Below are positions 23,473 to 36,995 of a stretch of 64,000 nucleotides of DNA, in pieces. Positions within the stretch are counted from its first letter, which is position 1; every line of letters starts with the position of its first letter. Both the position numbers and the translations under genes were made by a program. The notes beneath the pieces were generated by a model. The model worked only from the letters and a program-made list of their open reading frames with translations, ran no database searches and was not told the DNA's origin. This stretch comes from Escherichia coli (lineage in GTDB: Bacteria; Pseudomonadota; Gammaproteobacteria; Enterobacterales; Enterobacteriaceae), in assembly GCF_044324785.1 (NCBI RefSeq), contig NZ_CP172127.1. One strand, written 5' to 3'.

Positions 23473-24342
23473 TTACCGCTTTCTCGAGTGTGCTTTCTGG
23501 TTGTCAAACCAGTGAAAATAACTGATCACGCCTTCGGCAATCGCTGTGGCGATTTTCTGGCGAAATGCTGCCGTGCCTAACAGCCGCTCTTCTTCCGGGT
23601 TGGTGATAAACGAGGTTTCCACCAGCACCGAAGGAACCGACGGCGATTTCAACACCACAAACGCGGCTTGTTCGGTGTTGCGGCTGTGCAGTTTATGCAC
23701 CGGCTTAATCTTTTTCAGAATATGCGAGCCGAGCGTCAGGCTGTTTTTAATAGTATCGGTTTGCACCAGATCAAACAGCACTTGCTGCAATAGGTGATCC
23801 TTGTCAGTCGCCTTTTTACCGGCAACTTCATCGGCGCGGTTTTCGCGTTCAGACAGGTATTTCGCCATTGCGCTACTTGCCCCACGGTTAGAGAGGGCAA
23901 ATACCGAAGCACCGGCAGCTTTCGGGTTGGTAAAGCCGTCGGCATGAATTGACATAAACAGATCTGCGCCATGTTTATGGGCGATTTCAACGCGATCGTA
24001 AAGTGGGATAAACGTATCGCCAGAACGCGTTAAACGCGCATCAATCCCATGATTACGCAAAATGGAACGGACGTTTTTAGCAATCGCCAGCACCACATGT
24101 TTTTCTTTCGAACCGTTGCGCCCGATCGCTCCGGTATCAATCCCGCCGTGGCCTGGATCGAGAACAACGACACGTTTGCCGCCAGATTTTTTGGCTTTCG
24201 GCTTGCTGTGTCCGTTGCTGGTTTTTAAAGGTTCGTCTTTGGCGATGGCTTGCGACATTCCTGACAACGTCAGCGCTGCAAGTCCTGCTTTCAGCACCTG
24301 GCGGCGCGAAGTGAGTGTTTTTAGTGGTTTAAAAGTGCTCAT
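23473..24342 (-). CDS. amiA: N-acetylmuramoyl-L-alanine amidase A (Tat-exported)
   Basis: 289 aa with twin-arginine signal (SRRQVLKAGLAAL); immediately upstream of hemF. Confidence 0.9.
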   Translation of the reverse strand: MSTFKPLKTLTSRRQVLKAGLAALTLSGMSQAIAKDEPLKTSNGHSKPKAKKSGGKRVVVLDPGHGGIDTGAIGRNGSKEKHVVLAIAKNVRSILRNHGIDARLTRSGDTFIPLYDRVEIAHKHGADLFMSIHADGFTNPKAAGASVFALSNRGASSAMAKYLSERENRADEVAGKKATDKDHLLQQVLFDLVQTDTIKNSLTLGSHILKKIKPVHKLHSRNTEQAAFVVLKSPSVPSVLVETSFITNPEEERLLGTAAFRQKIATAIAEGVISYFHWFDNQKAHSRKR

Positions 24343-24555
24343 ACGGCCTGAGTTGTAATAATAAAGTTCCAGATGTTATATCGTATCGCGTAATCCGTTA
24401 CGACCGTTTGCTGTTGAGAATTGTTTTACTTTTCATTTCAATAGTTGACAACTCCCCATTATGCCACTTTTTCAACCGATTTTCGTCAGATATTGGCTAA
24501 TTCGACCGTTCACGCCATAATCAGCCTTTTAACCCGCAAAAAGGTAACGAATACC

Positions 24556-24981
24556 ATGGAGATACGCGTATTTCGCCAGGAAGATTTCGAAGAGGTCATC
24601 ACCCTTTGGGAGCGTTGCGACTTGCTGCGTCCGTGGAACGATCCGGAAATGGACATCGAGCGTAAGATGAACCATGACGTCAGTTTGTTTCTGGTCGCTG
24701 AGGTGAACGGTGAAGTGGTCGGAACGGTGATGGGCGGTTATGACGGGCATCGCGGGTCTGCTTATTATCTTGGCGTGCATCCAGAGTTTCGTGGGCGTGG
24801 GATTGCTAATGCGTTGCTTAATCGGCTGGAGAAAAAGCTGATTGCTCGCGGCTGCCCGAAAATTCAGATCAACGTGCCGGAAGATAACGACATGGTGCTC
24901 GGAATGTATGAACGCCTGGGATATGAACACGCCGACGTGCTGAGTCTGGGTAAGCGTTTGATTGAAGATGAAGAGTACTGA
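24556..24981 (+). CDS. ypeA: GNAT-family N-acetyltransferase
   Basis: 141 aa from ATG at 24556 ([23 protein letters not shown]...); GNAT motifs. Confidence 0.8.
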
Positions 24982-25417
24982 GTTTCATCCTGTCCATTAT
25001 GATGCGCACGGTCGCCTGCGTTTACCCTTGCTCTTCTGGCTTGTGCTATTGCTTCAGGCGCGAACCTGGGTGCTGTTTGTCATTGCCGGTGCGTCGCGCG
25101 AGCAGGGTACTGCGCTGCTAAATCTGTTTTATCCCGATCACGATAACTTCTGGCTGGGGTTGATTCCCGGCATTCCGGCGGTGCTGGCGTTTTTGCTGAG
25201 TGGTCGGCGGGCTTCATTTCCCCGTATCTGGCATGTGCTCTATTTTCTGTTGCTGTTGGCGCAAGTGGTTTTACTTTGCTGGCAACCGTGGCTGTGGCTG
25301 AACGGTGAATCCGTTAGCGGTATCGGTCTGGCGCTGGTAGTGGCGGATATTGTGGCGTTAATCTGGCTGCTGACCAATCGACGTTTACGCGCTTGTTTTA
25401 ATGAAGAAAAAGAATAA
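24968..25417 (+). CDS. yfeZ: inner-membrane protein YfeZ
   Basis: 149 aa hydrophobic protein [26 protein letters not shown]...; start could be 6 nt upstream (24962). Confidence 0.7.
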
Positions 25418-25477
25418 CGGCACTTTTTGGTGAATTTGCACTCCAAGCAACGTTATTGAATAACCAAAGGAAGTGAC

Positions 25478-26053
25478 ATGAAATCGCTGCGTTTAATGTT
25501 ATGCGCTATGCCGTTGATGCTGACCGGCTGTTCCACGATGTCGTCAGTTAACTGGTCTGCCGCTAACCCGTGGAACTGGTTTGGGTCGTCCACCAAAGTG
25601 AGCGAGCAGGGCGTTGGTGAATTAACGGCGTCCACACCACTGCAAGAACAAGCCATTGCTGATGCGCTTGATGGCGATTATCGCCTGCGCAGCGGAATGA
25701 AAACCGCGAACGGCAACGTGGTGCGCTTTTTTGAAGTGATGAAAGGCGACAACGTGGCGATGGTGATTAACGGTGATCAAGGCACGATCAGCCGCATTGA
25801 TGTGCTGGATAGCGATATTCCTGCTGACACCGGTGTTAAAATCGGTACACCGTTTAGCGACCTTTACAGCAAAGCATTTGGCAATTGCCAAAAAGCTGAT
25901 GGTGATGATAATCGTGCCGTCGAATGTAAAGCCGAAGGCAGTCAACATATTAGCTACCAGTTCAGCGGGGAATGGAGTGGTCCTGAAGGGTTAATGCCTT
26001 CGGACGATACCCTGAAAAACTGGAAAGTCAGTAAAATTATCTGGCGGCGTTAA
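25478..26053 (+). CDS. yfeY: lipoprotein YfeY
   Basis: 191 aa with lipoprotein signal peptide ending LTGC. Confidence 0.8.
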   Translation: MKSLRLMLCAMPLMLTGCSTMSSVNWSAANPWNWFGSSTKVSEQGVGELTASTPLQEQAIADALDGDYRLRSGMKTANGNVVRFFEVMKGDNVAMVINGDQGTISRIDVLDSDIPADTGVKIGTPFSDLYSKAFGNCQKADGDDNRAVECKAEGSQHISYQFSGEWSGPEGLMPSDDTLKNWKVSKIIWRR

Positions 26054-26064
26054 TTTGCGTCTGA

Positions 26065-27048
<984 letters not shown>

Positions 27049-27070
27049 TCGTTTCTGATTCATTGATTAA

Positions 27071-27107
27071 AGGCCAGCCAGTAACACAACTGACTGGCCT
27101 TTTTATT
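27071..27107. terminator. bidirectional rho-independent terminator after yfeX
   Basis: aggccag...ctggcct stem flanked by aaa and ttttatt. Confidence 0.55.
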
Positions 27108-27133
27108 ACTGCTTTAACGCCGCATACACTTGA

Positions 27134-27223
27134 TCAACTACTTTCTGTCAGAACAGGGTATTTTGCGGCGCTGACGCTACAACTAACAGCCAGCAGAGAA
27201 AGATAGAGCATTGTCCGTTTCAT
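27134..27223 (-). pseudogene. 29-codon 5' remnant of a secreted protein at the position expected for yfeW (PBP4B); probable deletion remnant
   Basis: Minus-strand ATG 4 nt after the murP stop encodes MKRTMLYLSLLAVSCSVSAAKYPVLTESS then stop; signal-peptide-like; only about 180 bp separate murP from yfeX. Confidence 0.4.
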
Positions 27224-27227
27224 ATTA

Positions 27228-28652
<1,425 letters not shown>

Positions 28653-28655
28653 GGG

Positions 28656-29552
28656 TTATTCCTTGTCTAAAACCTGACGAATAAAGCCGCCGTGTTGATC
28701 AAGGCGTTTTTTAGCTTCTGCGGCATCGAGATTTTTCAGCACCATCACAATGGCCGTTTTACAGTTGCGCTCGCAGGCAACCAATGCCGCTTCCGCTTGC
28801 TCTGCGCTACATCCGGTAGCGTTTTTGACGATATTGACCTGGCGCACATGCAGTTTTTCGTTGGTGGCGACCACATCAACCATCAGGTTACCGAACACTT
28901 TGCCGGATTTAATCATCAGCCCGGTGGAGAGCATGTTGAGCACCAGTTTCTGCGCCGTACCTGCTTTCATTCGCGAAGAACCTGTGACCACTTCGGCCCC
29001 AACAACTGGCGTAATGGCAAACTCAGCGGTGGTTGAAACAGCGCTCCCGGGATTACAGGAAATTCCCACTGTGCGGCAGCCGAGCTGGCGTGCGTATTCC
29101 AGTCCGGCAATCACATACGGCGTGCGTCCGCTGGCCGCAATACCAACCACCACATCCTGCGCGGTTAAATTAAGATTTTTCAGATCGTTAACACCACCTT
29201 CCCGGCTATCTTCCGCGCCTTCCACCGCGTGCTGAATGGCATATTCGCCGCCAGCAATTAATCCAACTACCAGGCCTGGCTTCACGCCGTAGGTGGGCGG
29301 ACATTCGCTGGCATCCAGAATCCCCAGACGACCGGATGTTCCCGCACCGAGATAAATCAGACGCCCGCCGCCGCTTACCTGGGCGTGGATAACATCGATC
29401 GCCGCGGCGATATCCGGCAGTACGCGCTCAACGGCAAGCGGTACGGTTTTATCTTCATCGTTGATAATCCGGCACATTTCCAGCGTTGATACGCGGTCAA
29501 TTTCAGCCGAGGCGGCGTTCGAGCCTTCGGTAATCATCTTTTCAAGTTGCAT
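28656..29552 (-). CDS. murQ: N-acetylmuramic acid 6-phosphate etherase
   Basis: 298 aa, SIS-domain etherase; directly upstream of murP. Confidence 0.9.
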   Translation of the reverse strand: MQLEKMITEGSNAASAEIDRVSTLEMCRIINDEDKTVPLAVERVLPDIAAAIDVIHAQVSGGGRLIYLGAGTSGRLGILDASECPPTYGVKPGLVVGLIAGGEYAIQHAVEGAEDSREGGVNDLKNLNLTAQDVVVGIAASGRTPYVIAGLEYARQLGCRTVGISCNPGSAVSTTAEFAITPVVGAEVVTGSSRMKAGTAQKLVLNMLSTGLMIKSGKVFGNLMVDVVATNEKLHVRQVNIVKNATGCSAEQAEAALVACERNCKTAIVMVLKNLDAAEAKKRLDQHGGFIRQVLDKE

Positions 29553-29715
29553 CGGTGGTGACCTTACTATTTACGATCAAATAATTGCAGATGTATGGAA
29601 TCATATATCCCGAATTGACAGACTTAAAGGAATCATTGAGTCTACACTCGCAGAGTGTGAAGAGCGTCATAAGAACTTAAGCGGAATTTTTGCTGCCAGC
29701 CCAGGAGAGTGGAAG

Positions 29716-30573
29716 ATGTTGTACCTGACGAAAATACGCAATGCGGAAAGTGAATTTACCGAGAACGAGCAAAAAATTGCTGACTTTCTGCGGGCCAACG
29801 TGAGTGAGCTGAAATCCGTCTCTTCGCGCAAGATGGCGAAACAGCTCGGCATCAGCCAGTCGAGTATTGTGAAGTTTGCCCAGAAGCTCGGCGCGCAAGG
29901 ATTTACTGAATTGCGTATGGCGTTAATTGGCGAATACAGTGCCAGCCGGGAGAAAACGAATGCCACGGCGCTGCACCTGCACAGTTCGATTACCAGTGAT
30001 GATTCGCTGGAAGTGATTGCCCGCAAACTGAATCGCGAAAAAGAGCTGGCGCTGGAGCAAACCTGCGCGTTGTTTGACTACGCGCGGCTGCAAAAAATCA
30101 TTGAGGTCATCAGTAAAGCACCGTTTATCCAGATAACGGGCTTGGGTGGGTCGGCGCTGGTGGGGCGCGATCTGTCGTTCAAACTGATGAAAATTGGCTA
30201 TCGCGTGGCCTGTGAAGCCGACACGCACGTACAAGCCACCGTTTCTCAGGCGCTGAAAAAAGGCGATGTACAAATCGCTATCTCTTACAGCGGCAGTAAA
30301 AAAGAGATTGTCTTGTGCGCCGAGGCAGCGCGAAAGCAGGGGGCAACGGTGATTGCCATTACCTCGTTAACCGATTCTCCGCTGCGGCGGCTGGCGCATT
30401 TCACGCTCGATACCGTTTCCGGTGAAACCGAATGGCGTAGCTCGTCGATGTCTACCCGCACGGCGCAAAATTCTGTTACCGATTTACTGTTTGTTGGCCT
30501 TGTGCAACTCAATGATGTGGAGTCATTGAAAATGATTGAGCGCAGCAGTGAGCTAACGCAACGCCTGAAATGA
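29716..30573 (+). CDS. murR: RpiR-family transcriptional regulator of murQP
   Basis: 285 aa from ATG at 29716 ([25 protein letters not shown]...), HTH plus SIS domain; divergent from murQ. Confidence 0.85.
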   Translation: MLYLTKIRNAESEFTENEQKIADFLRANVSELKSVSSRKMAKQLGISQSSIVKFAQKLGAQGFTELRMALIGEYSASREKTNATALHLHSSITSDDSLEVIARKLNREKELALEQTCALFDYARLQKIIEVISKAPFIQITGLGGSALVGRDLSFKLMKIGYRVACEADTHVQATVSQALKKGDVQIAISYSGSKKEIVLCAEAARKQGATVIAITSLTDSPLRRLAHFTLDTVSGETEWRSSSMSTRTAQNSVTDLLFVGLVQLNDVESLKMIERSSELTQRLK

Positions 30574-30701
30574 TGCATAAAGCAGCGACTGAATTGAGAT
30601 TTTCCTGAATTAGTGAGCTGATCCGCAGCAATATTTTGTTTATCCTGTATTTTCAGAGGGAATGGAGTGTAACGCTCTGTATTAACAAGGAGAGCATTAA
30701 A

Positions 30702-31493
30702 ATGGGTAAACTCACGGGCAAGACAGCACTGATTACGGGCGCATTGCAAGGAATTGGCGAAGGTATTGCCAGAACTTTTGCGCGTCATGGCGCAAACCTA
30801 ATCTTGCTGGATATCTCCCCTGAGATCGAAAAGCTGGCGGACGAACTGTGTGGTCGTGGTCATCGCTGTACGGCGGTTGTCGCCGATGTGCGTGACCCGG
30901 CGTCGGTCGCCGCAGCTATCAAGCGCGCGAAGGAAAAAGAAGGGCGCATTGATATCCTGGTGAATAACGCAGGCGTTTGTCGTCTGGGCAGTTTCCTCGA
31001 TATGAGCGATGAAGATCGCGATTTCCATATTGATATCAATATTAAAGGCGTATGGAACGTCACGAAGGCGGTGTTGCCGGAGATGATTGCCCGCAAAGAT
31101 GGTCGCATTGTGATGATGTCTTCAGTCACTGGCGATATGGTGGCCGATCCGGGTGAAACGGCGTATGCCTTAACGAAAGCGGCGATTGTTGGCCTGACTA
31201 AATCGCTGGCGGTGGAGTACGCGCAGTCTGGTATTCGCGTTAACGCCATCTGCCCGGGATACGTTCGCACGCCAATGGCGGAAAGCATTGCCCGCCAGTC
31301 GAACCCGGAAGATCCAGAAGCGGTGCTGACTGAAATGGCAAAAGCAATCCCGATGCGTCGCCTCGCCGATCCGCTGGAAGTCGGTGAACTGGCGGCCTTC
31401 CTCGCATCGGATGAATCCAGCTATTTAACCGGTACACAGAATGTGATTGATGGCGGCAGCACACTGCCGGAGACGGTTAGCGTCGGCATCTGA
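30702..31493 (+). CDS. ucpA: short-chain dehydrogenase/reductase
   Basis: 263 aa from ATG at 30702 (MGKLTGKTALITGALQGIGEGIA...), Rossmann GxxxGxG motif. Confidence 0.8.
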   Translation: MGKLTGKTALITGALQGIGEGIARTFARHGANLILLDISPEIEKLADELCGRGHRCTAVVADVRDPASVAAAIKRAKEKEGRIDILVNNAGVCRLGSFLDMSDEDRDFHIDINIKGVWNVTKAVLPEMIARKDGRIVMMSSVTGDMVADPGETAYALTKAAIVGLTKSLAVEYAQSGIRVNAICPGYVRTPMAESIARQSNPEDPEAVLTEMAKAIPMRRLADPLEVGELAAFLASDESSYLTGTQNVIDGGSTLPETVSVGI

Positions 31494-31663
31494 TTCACCT
31501 CTGTTTCCTCCCTGCATTTGTGGGGAGGATTTCGTCTTGAACCCGGTTCTTATTCCCTTTTCAACTTCCAAATCACCAAACGGTATATAAAACCGTTACT
31601 CCTTTCACGTCCGTTATAAATATGATGGCTATTAGAAAGTCATTAAATTTATAAGGGTGCGCA

Positions 31664-32680
31664 ATGGCCGTTAACTTACTGAAAAAGAACTCACTCGCGC
31701 TGGTCGCTTCTCTGCTGCTGGCGGGCCATGTACAGGCAACGGAACTGCTGAACAGTTCTTATGACGTCTCTCGCGAGCTGTTTGCAGCCCTTAATCCGCC
31801 GTTTGAGCAACAATGGGCAAAAGATAACGGCGGCGACAAACTGACGATAAAACAATCTCATGCCGGGTCATCAAAACAGGCGCTGGCGATTTTGCAGGGC
31901 TTAAAAGCAGACGTTGTCACTTATAACCAGGTGACCGACGTACAAATCCTGCATGACAAAGGCAAGCTGATCCCGGCCGACTGGCAGTCGCGCCTGCCGA
32001 ATAATAGCTCGCCGTTCTACTCCACCATGGGCTTCCTGGTGCGTAAGGGCAACCCGAAGAATATCCACGACTGGAACGACCTCGTGCGCTCCGACGTGAA
32101 GCTGATTTTCCCGAACCCGAAAACGTCGGGTAACGCGCGTTATACCTATCTGGCGGCATGGGGCGCAGCGGATAAAGCTGACGGTGGCGACAAAGCCAAA
32201 ACCGAACAGTTTATGACCCAGTTCCTGAAAAACGTTGAAGTGTTCGATACTGGCGGTCGTGGCGCGACCACCACCTTTGCCGAGCGCGGGCTGGGCGATG
32301 TGCTGATTAGCTTCGAATCGGAAGTGAACAACATTCGTAAACAGTATGAAGCGCAGGGCTTCGAAGTAGTTATTCCGAAAACTAACATTCTTGCGGAATT
32401 CCCGGTGGCGTGGGTCGATAAAAATGTGCAGGCCAACGGTACGGAAAAAGCAGCAAAAGCTTACCTGAACTGGCTCTACAGCCCGCAGGCGCAAACCATC
32501 ATCACCGACTATTACTACCGCGTAAATAACCCGGAAGTCATGGACAAACTGAAAGACAAATTCCCGCAGACCGAACTGTTCCGCGTGGAAGACAAATTTG
32601 GCTCCTGGCCGGAAGTGATGAAAACCCACTTCACCAGCGGCGGCGAGTTAGACAAGCTGTTAGCGGCGGGGCGTAATTAA
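31664..32680 (+). CDS. cysP: thiosulfate/sulfate ABC transporter periplasmic binding protein
   Basis: 338 aa with signal peptide; first gene of the cysPUWA(M) cluster. Confidence 0.9.
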   Translation: MAVNLLKKNSLALVASLLLAGHVQATELLNSSYDVSRELFAALNPPFEQQWAKDNGGDKLTIKQSHAGSSKQALAILQGLKADVVTYNQVTDVQILHDKGKLIPADWQSRLPNNSSPFYSTMGFLVRKGNPKNIHDWNDLVRSDVKLIFPNPKTSGNARYTYLAAWGAADKADGGDKAKTEQFMTQFLKNVEVFDTGGRGATTTFAERGLGDVLISFESEVNNIRKQYEAQGFEVVIPKTNILAEFPVAWVDKNVQANGTEKAAKAYLNWLYSPQAQTIITDYYYRVNNPEVMDKLKDKFPQTELFRVEDKFGSWPEVMKTHFTSGGELDKLLAAGRN

Positions 32681-33513
32681 TGTTTGCAGTTTCATCAAGA
32701 CGCGTGCTGCCGGGCTTTACCTTAAGCCTCGGCACCAGTCTGCTGTTTGTGTGCCTGATTTTGCTGCTGCCGCTCTCCGCGCTGGTGATGCAGCTGGCTC
32801 AGATGAGCTGGGCGCAGTACTGGGAGGTGATCACCAACCCGCAGGTGGTCGCGGCCTACAAAGTGACGCTGCTGTCGGCGTTTGTGGCATCAATTTTTAA
32901 CGGCGTTTTCGGCCTGCTGATGGCGTGGATTTTAACCCGTTATCGCTTTCCGGGCCGCACGCTGCTTGATGCGCTGATGGATTTACCCTTTGCGCTGCCA
33001 ACGGCAGTCGCCGGTTTAACGCTGGCCTCGCTCTTTTCTGTAAACGGTTTTTACGGTGAATGGCTGGCGAAGTTTGATATCAAAGTCACCTATACCTGGC
33101 TGGGGATTGCGGTGGCGATGGCCTTTACCAGCATTCCGTTTGTGGTACGTACCGTGCAGCCGGTGCTGGAAGAGTTAGGCCCGGAATATGAAGAAGCGGC
33201 AGAAACGCTTGGCGCAACGCGCTGGCAGAGTTTCTGCAAAGTGGTGCTGCCGGAACTTTCTCCGGCGCTGGTGGCGGGCGTGGCGTTGTCGTTTACCCGT
33301 AGTCTTGGTGAGTTTGGCGCGGTGATATTTATCGCCGGGAACATCGCCTGGAAGACGGAAGTGACGTCGCTGATGATTTTTGTGCGCTTGCAGGAGTTTG
33401 ATTACCCGGCGGCGAGCGCGATTGCCTCGGTGATCCTCGCGGCATCCCTGATATTGCTGTTCTCAATTAACACTCTGCAAAGTCGCTTTGGTCGGCGTGT
33501 GGTAGGTCATTAA
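32680..33513 (+). CDS. cysU: sulfate/thiosulfate ABC transporter permease
   Basis: 277-aa membrane protein; start overlaps the cysP stop. Confidence 0.9.
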   Translation: MFAVSSRRVLPGFTLSLGTSLLFVCLILLLPLSALVMQLAQMSWAQYWEVITNPQVVAAYKVTLLSAFVASIFNGVFGLLMAWILTRYRFPGRTLLDALMDLPFALPTAVAGLTLASLFSVNGFYGEWLAKFDIKVTYTWLGIAVAMAFTSIPFVVRTVQPVLEELGPEYEEAAETLGATRWQSFCKVVLPELSPALVAGVALSFTRSLGEFGAVIFIAGNIAWKTEVTSLMIFVRLQEFDYPAASAIASVILAASLILLFSINTLQSRFGRRVVGH

Positions 33514-34388
33514 TGGCGGAAGTGACACAATTGAAGCGTTATGACGCGCGCCCGATTAATTGGGGCAAATGGTTTCTGATTGGCATCGGGATGCTGGTAT
33601 CGGCGTTCATCCTGCTGGTGCCGATGATTTATATCTTCGTACAGGCGTTCAGCAAAGGGCTGATGCCGGTTTTACAGAATCTGGCCGATCCGGACATGCT
33701 GCACGCCATCTGGCTGACGGTGATGATCGCGCTGATTGCCGTACCGGTAAACCTGGTGTTCGGCATTCTGCTGGCCTGGCTGGTGACGCGCTTTAACTTC
33801 CCCGGACGCCAGTTGCTGCTGACGCTGCTGGACATTCCGTTTGCCGTGTCGCCGGTGGTTGCCGGTCTGGTGTATCTGCTGTTTTACGGCTCTAACGGCC
33901 CGCTTGGTGGCTGGCTGGATGAACATAATCTGCAAATTATGTTCTCCTGGCCGGGAATGGTGCTGGTCACCATCTTCGTGACGTGTCCGTTTGTGGTGCG
34001 TGAGCTGGTGCCGGTGATGTTAAGCCAGGGCAGCCAGGAAGACGAAGCGGCGATTTTGCTTGGCGCGTCTGGCTGGCAGATGTTTCGCCGCGTCACGCTG
34101 CCGAACATCCGCTGGGCGCTGCTTTATGGCGTGGTGCTGACCAACGCCCGCGCGATTGGCGAGTTTGGTGCGGTGTCGGTGGTTTCCGGCTCGATTCGCG
34201 GCGAAACACTTTCGCTGCCGTTACAGATTGAATTGCTGGAGCAGGACTACAACACCGTCGGCTCCTTTACCGCCGCTGCGCTGTTGACGCTGATGGCGAT
34301 TATCACCCTGTTTTTAAAGAGTATGTTGCAGTGGCGTCTGGAGAATCAGGAAAAACGCGCGCAGCAGGAGGAACATCATGAGCATTGA
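33513..34388 (+). CDS. cysW: sulfate/thiosulfate ABC transporter permease
   Basis: 291-aa membrane protein; start overlaps the cysU stop. Confidence 0.9.
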   Translation: MAEVTQLKRYDARPINWGKWFLIGIGMLVSAFILLVPMIYIFVQAFSKGLMPVLQNLADPDMLHAIWLTVMIALIAVPVNLVFGILLAWLVTRFNFPGRQLLLTLLDIPFAVSPVVAGLVYLLFYGSNGPLGGWLDEHNLQIMFSWPGMVLVTIFVTCPFVVRELVPVMLSQGSQEDEAAILLGASGWQMFRRVTLPNIRWALLYGVVLTNARAIGEFGAVSVVSGSIRGETLSLPLQIELLEQDYNTVGSFTAAALLTLMAIITLFLKSMLQWRLENQEKRAQQEEHHEH

Positions 34389-35475
34389 GATTGCCAATAT
34401 TAAGAAGTCTTTTGGTCGCACCCAGGTGCTGAACGATATCTCACTGGATATTCCTTCTGGTCAGATGGTCGCATTGCTGGGGCCGTCCGGTTCCGGGAAA
34501 ACCACGCTGCTGCGCATTATCGCCGGGCTGGAGCATCAAACCAGCGGGCATATTCGCTTCCACGGCACCGACGTCAGCCGCCTGCATGCGCGCGATCGTA
34601 AAGTTGGTTTCGTGTTCCAGCACTATGCGCTGTTCCGCCATATGACGGTGTTCGACAATATCGCTTTCGGCCTGACGGTGCTGCCGCGTCGCGAGCGCCC
34701 GAATGCCGCAGCCATCAAAGCGAAAGTGACAAAATTGCTGGAGATGGTGCAGCTTGCGCATCTGGCGGATCGTTATCCGGCACAGCTTTCCGGCGGGCAG
34801 AAACAGCGCGTGGCGCTGGCGCGTGCGCTCGCTGTGGAACCGCAAATTCTGCTGCTTGATGAACCGTTTGGCGCGCTGGATGCGCAGGTGCGTAAAGAGC
34901 TGCGTCGCTGGCTGCGTCAGTTACATGAAGAGCTGAAATTCACCAGCGTGTTTGTGACCCATGACCAGGAAGAAGCGACCGAAGTAGCCGATCGTGTAGT
35001 GGTGATGAGCCAGGGCAATATCGAGCAGGCTGATGCACCGGACCAGGTATGGCGCGAACCAGCGACCCGTTTTGTACTCGAATTTATGGGCGAAGTGAAC
35101 CGCCTGCAGGGAACCATTCGCGGCGGGCAGTTCCATGTTGGCGCACATCGCTGGCCGCTGGGCTATACACCTGCGTATCAGGGGCCAGTGGATCTCTTCC
35201 TGCGTCCGTGGGAAGTGGATATCAGCCGCCGTACCAGCCTCGATTCGCCGCTGCCGGTACAGGTACTGGAAGCCAGCCCGAAAGGCCACTACACCCAATT
35301 AGTCGTGCAGCCGCTGGGGTGGTACAACGAAGCGCTGACGGTCGTGATGCACGGCGACGACGCCCCGCAACGTGGCGAGCGTTTATTCGTTGGTCTGCAA
35401 CATGCGCGGCTGTATAACGGCGACGAGCGTATTGAAACCCGCGATGAGGAACTTGCTCTCGCACAAAGCGCCTGA
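34378..35475 (+). CDS. cysA: sulfate/thiosulfate ABC transporter ATP-binding protein
   Basis: 365 aa with Walker A (GPSGSGKTT) and ABC signature (LSGGQKQR). Confidence 0.9.
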   Translation: MSIEIANIKKSFGRTQVLNDISLDIPSGQMVALLGPSGSGKTTLLRIIAGLEHQTSGHIRFHGTDVSRLHARDRKVGFVFQHYALFRHMTVFDNIAFGLTVLPRRERPNAAAIKAKVTKLLEMVQLAHLADRYPAQLSGGQKQRVALARALAVEPQILLLDEPFGALDAQVRKELRRWLRQLHEELKFTSVFVTHDQEEATEVADRVVVMSQGNIEQADAPDQVWREPATRFVLEFMGEVNRLQGTIRGGQFHVGAHRWPLGYTPAYQGPVDLFLRPWEVDISRRTSLDSPLPVQVLEASPKGHYTQLVVQPLGWYNEALTVVMHGDDAPQRGERLFVGLQHARLYNGDERIETRDEELALAQSA

Positions 35476-35549
35476 TAGGTTGAGTGAATGTTAAACGCCC
35501 GGAGGCGCTTCCCGCGATCCGGGCTTTTTAATGGCAAGGTTTGTAACCT

Positions 35550-35585
35550 GTAGGCCTGATAAGACGCGCAAGCGTCGCATCAGGC
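35550..35585. repeat. REP (repetitive extragenic palindromic) element
   Basis: gtaggcctgataagacgcgcaagcgtcgcatcaggc between cysA and cysM. Confidence 0.65.
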
Positions 35586-35608
35586 AACACCACGTATGGA
35601 TAGAGATC

Positions 35609-36520
35609 GTGAGTACATTAGAACAAACAATTGGCAATACGCCTCTGGTGAAGTTGCAGCGAATGGGGCCGAATAACGGCAGTGAAGTCTGGTTGAAACT
35701 GGAAGGCAATAACCCGGCAGGTTCGGTAAAAGATCGTGCGGCACTTTCGATGATCGTCGAGGCGGAAAAGCGCGGGGAAATTAAACCGGGTGACGTGCTG
35801 ATCGAAGCCACCAGTGGTAACACCGGCATTGCGCTGGCAATGATTGCCGCGCTTAAAGGCTATCGCATGAAATTGCTGATGCCCGACAACATGAGCCAGG
35901 AACGCCGTGCGGCGATGCGTGCTTATGGTGCGGAACTGATTCTTGTCACCAAAGAGCAGGGCATGGAAGGTGCGCGCGATCTGGCGCTGGAGATGGCGAA
36001 TCGTGGCGAAGGAAAGCTGCTCGATCAGTTCAATAATCCCGATAACCCTTATGCGCATTACACCACCACCGGCCCGGAAATCTGGCAGCAAACCGGCGGG
36101 CGCATCACTCATTTTGTCTCCAGCATGGGGACGACCGGCACTATCACCGGCGTTTCACGCTTTATGCGCGAACAATCCAAACCGGTGACCATTGTTGGCC
36201 TGCAGCCGGAAGAGGGCAGCAGCATTCCCGGCATTCGCCGCTGGCCTGCGGAATATCTGCCGGGGATTTTCAACGCTTCTCTGGTGGATGAGGTGCTGGA
36301 TATTCATCAGCGAGAAGCGGAAAACACCATGCGCGAACTGGCGATGCGGGAAGGAATATTCTGTGGCGTCAGCTCCGGCGGCGCGGTTGCCGGAGCACTG
36401 CGCGTGGCAAAAGCTAACCCCGGCGCGGTGGTTGTGGCGATCATCTGCGATCGCGGCGATCGCTACCTTTCTACCGGGGTGTTTGGGGAAGAGCATTTTA
36501 GTCAGGGGGCGGGGATTTAA
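35609..36520 (+). CDS. cysM: cysteine synthase B (O-acetylserine sulfhydrylase B)
   Basis: 303 aa from GTG at 35609 (STLEQTIGNTPLVKLQRMGP...), PLP-enzyme fold. Confidence 0.9.
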   Translation: MSTLEQTIGNTPLVKLQRMGPNNGSEVWLKLEGNNPAGSVKDRAALSMIVEAEKRGEIKPGDVLIEATSGNTGIALAMIAALKGYRMKLLMPDNMSQERRAAMRAYGAELILVTKEQGMEGARDLALEMANRGEGKLLDQFNNPDNPYAHYTTTGPEIWQQTGGRITHFVSSMGTTGTITGVSRFMREQSKPVTIVGLQPEEGSSIPGIRRWPAEYLPGIFNASLVDEVLDIHQREAENTMRELAMREGIFCGVSSGGAVAGALRVAKANPGAVVVAIICDRGDRYLSTGVFGEEHFSQGAGI

Positions 36521-36522
36521 GA

Positions 36523-36891
36523 TTATTGCGCAGGCACCGTTTTATCCGTCTGCGCAATTAGCGCATGTAAAAAAGGTTGTGCGTTCTCATCGCTTTTACC
36601 GGGCATCTTCACGATATACGGCTTCCCGGTAATCGATGACGACGAGGCTACCTTATCAATAAACTGCTCGGCAGTGTCAATGCGGTTACGGGTATTGCCG
36701 AGCTTCAGACGCAGGTGGGAAACCGCTTCATCGCAGGTATGTTCATCACCGTTGCGCACAAATATCAAATCCTTTTTCTGTGCTAATCCCTCCAGCATGG
36801 CGTTGATACGGGCTTCTTCATGGGCAGTTAACTTCGCGTAAACGGGGAGTGTCATTAGCAGCGTAATGACCAGATAAATGATTTTCTTCAT
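36523..36891 (-). CDS. yfeK: small secreted protein, YfeK-like
   Basis: 122 aa with signal peptide [19 protein letters not shown]; divergent from pdxK; stop is 2 bp from the cysM stop. Confidence 0.55.
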   Translation of the reverse strand: MKKIIYLVITLLMTLPVYAKLTAHEEARINAMLEGLAQKKDLIFVRNGDEHTCDEAVSHLRLKLGNTRNRIDTAEQFIDKVASSSSITGKPYIVKMPGKSDENAQPFLHALIAQTDKTVPAQ

Positions 36892-36916
36892 TGAATTAAC
36901 TTATCCTTGTTTTGTG

Positions 36917-36982
<66 letters not shown>

Positions 36983-36995
36983 GAGAAAAAATTAA

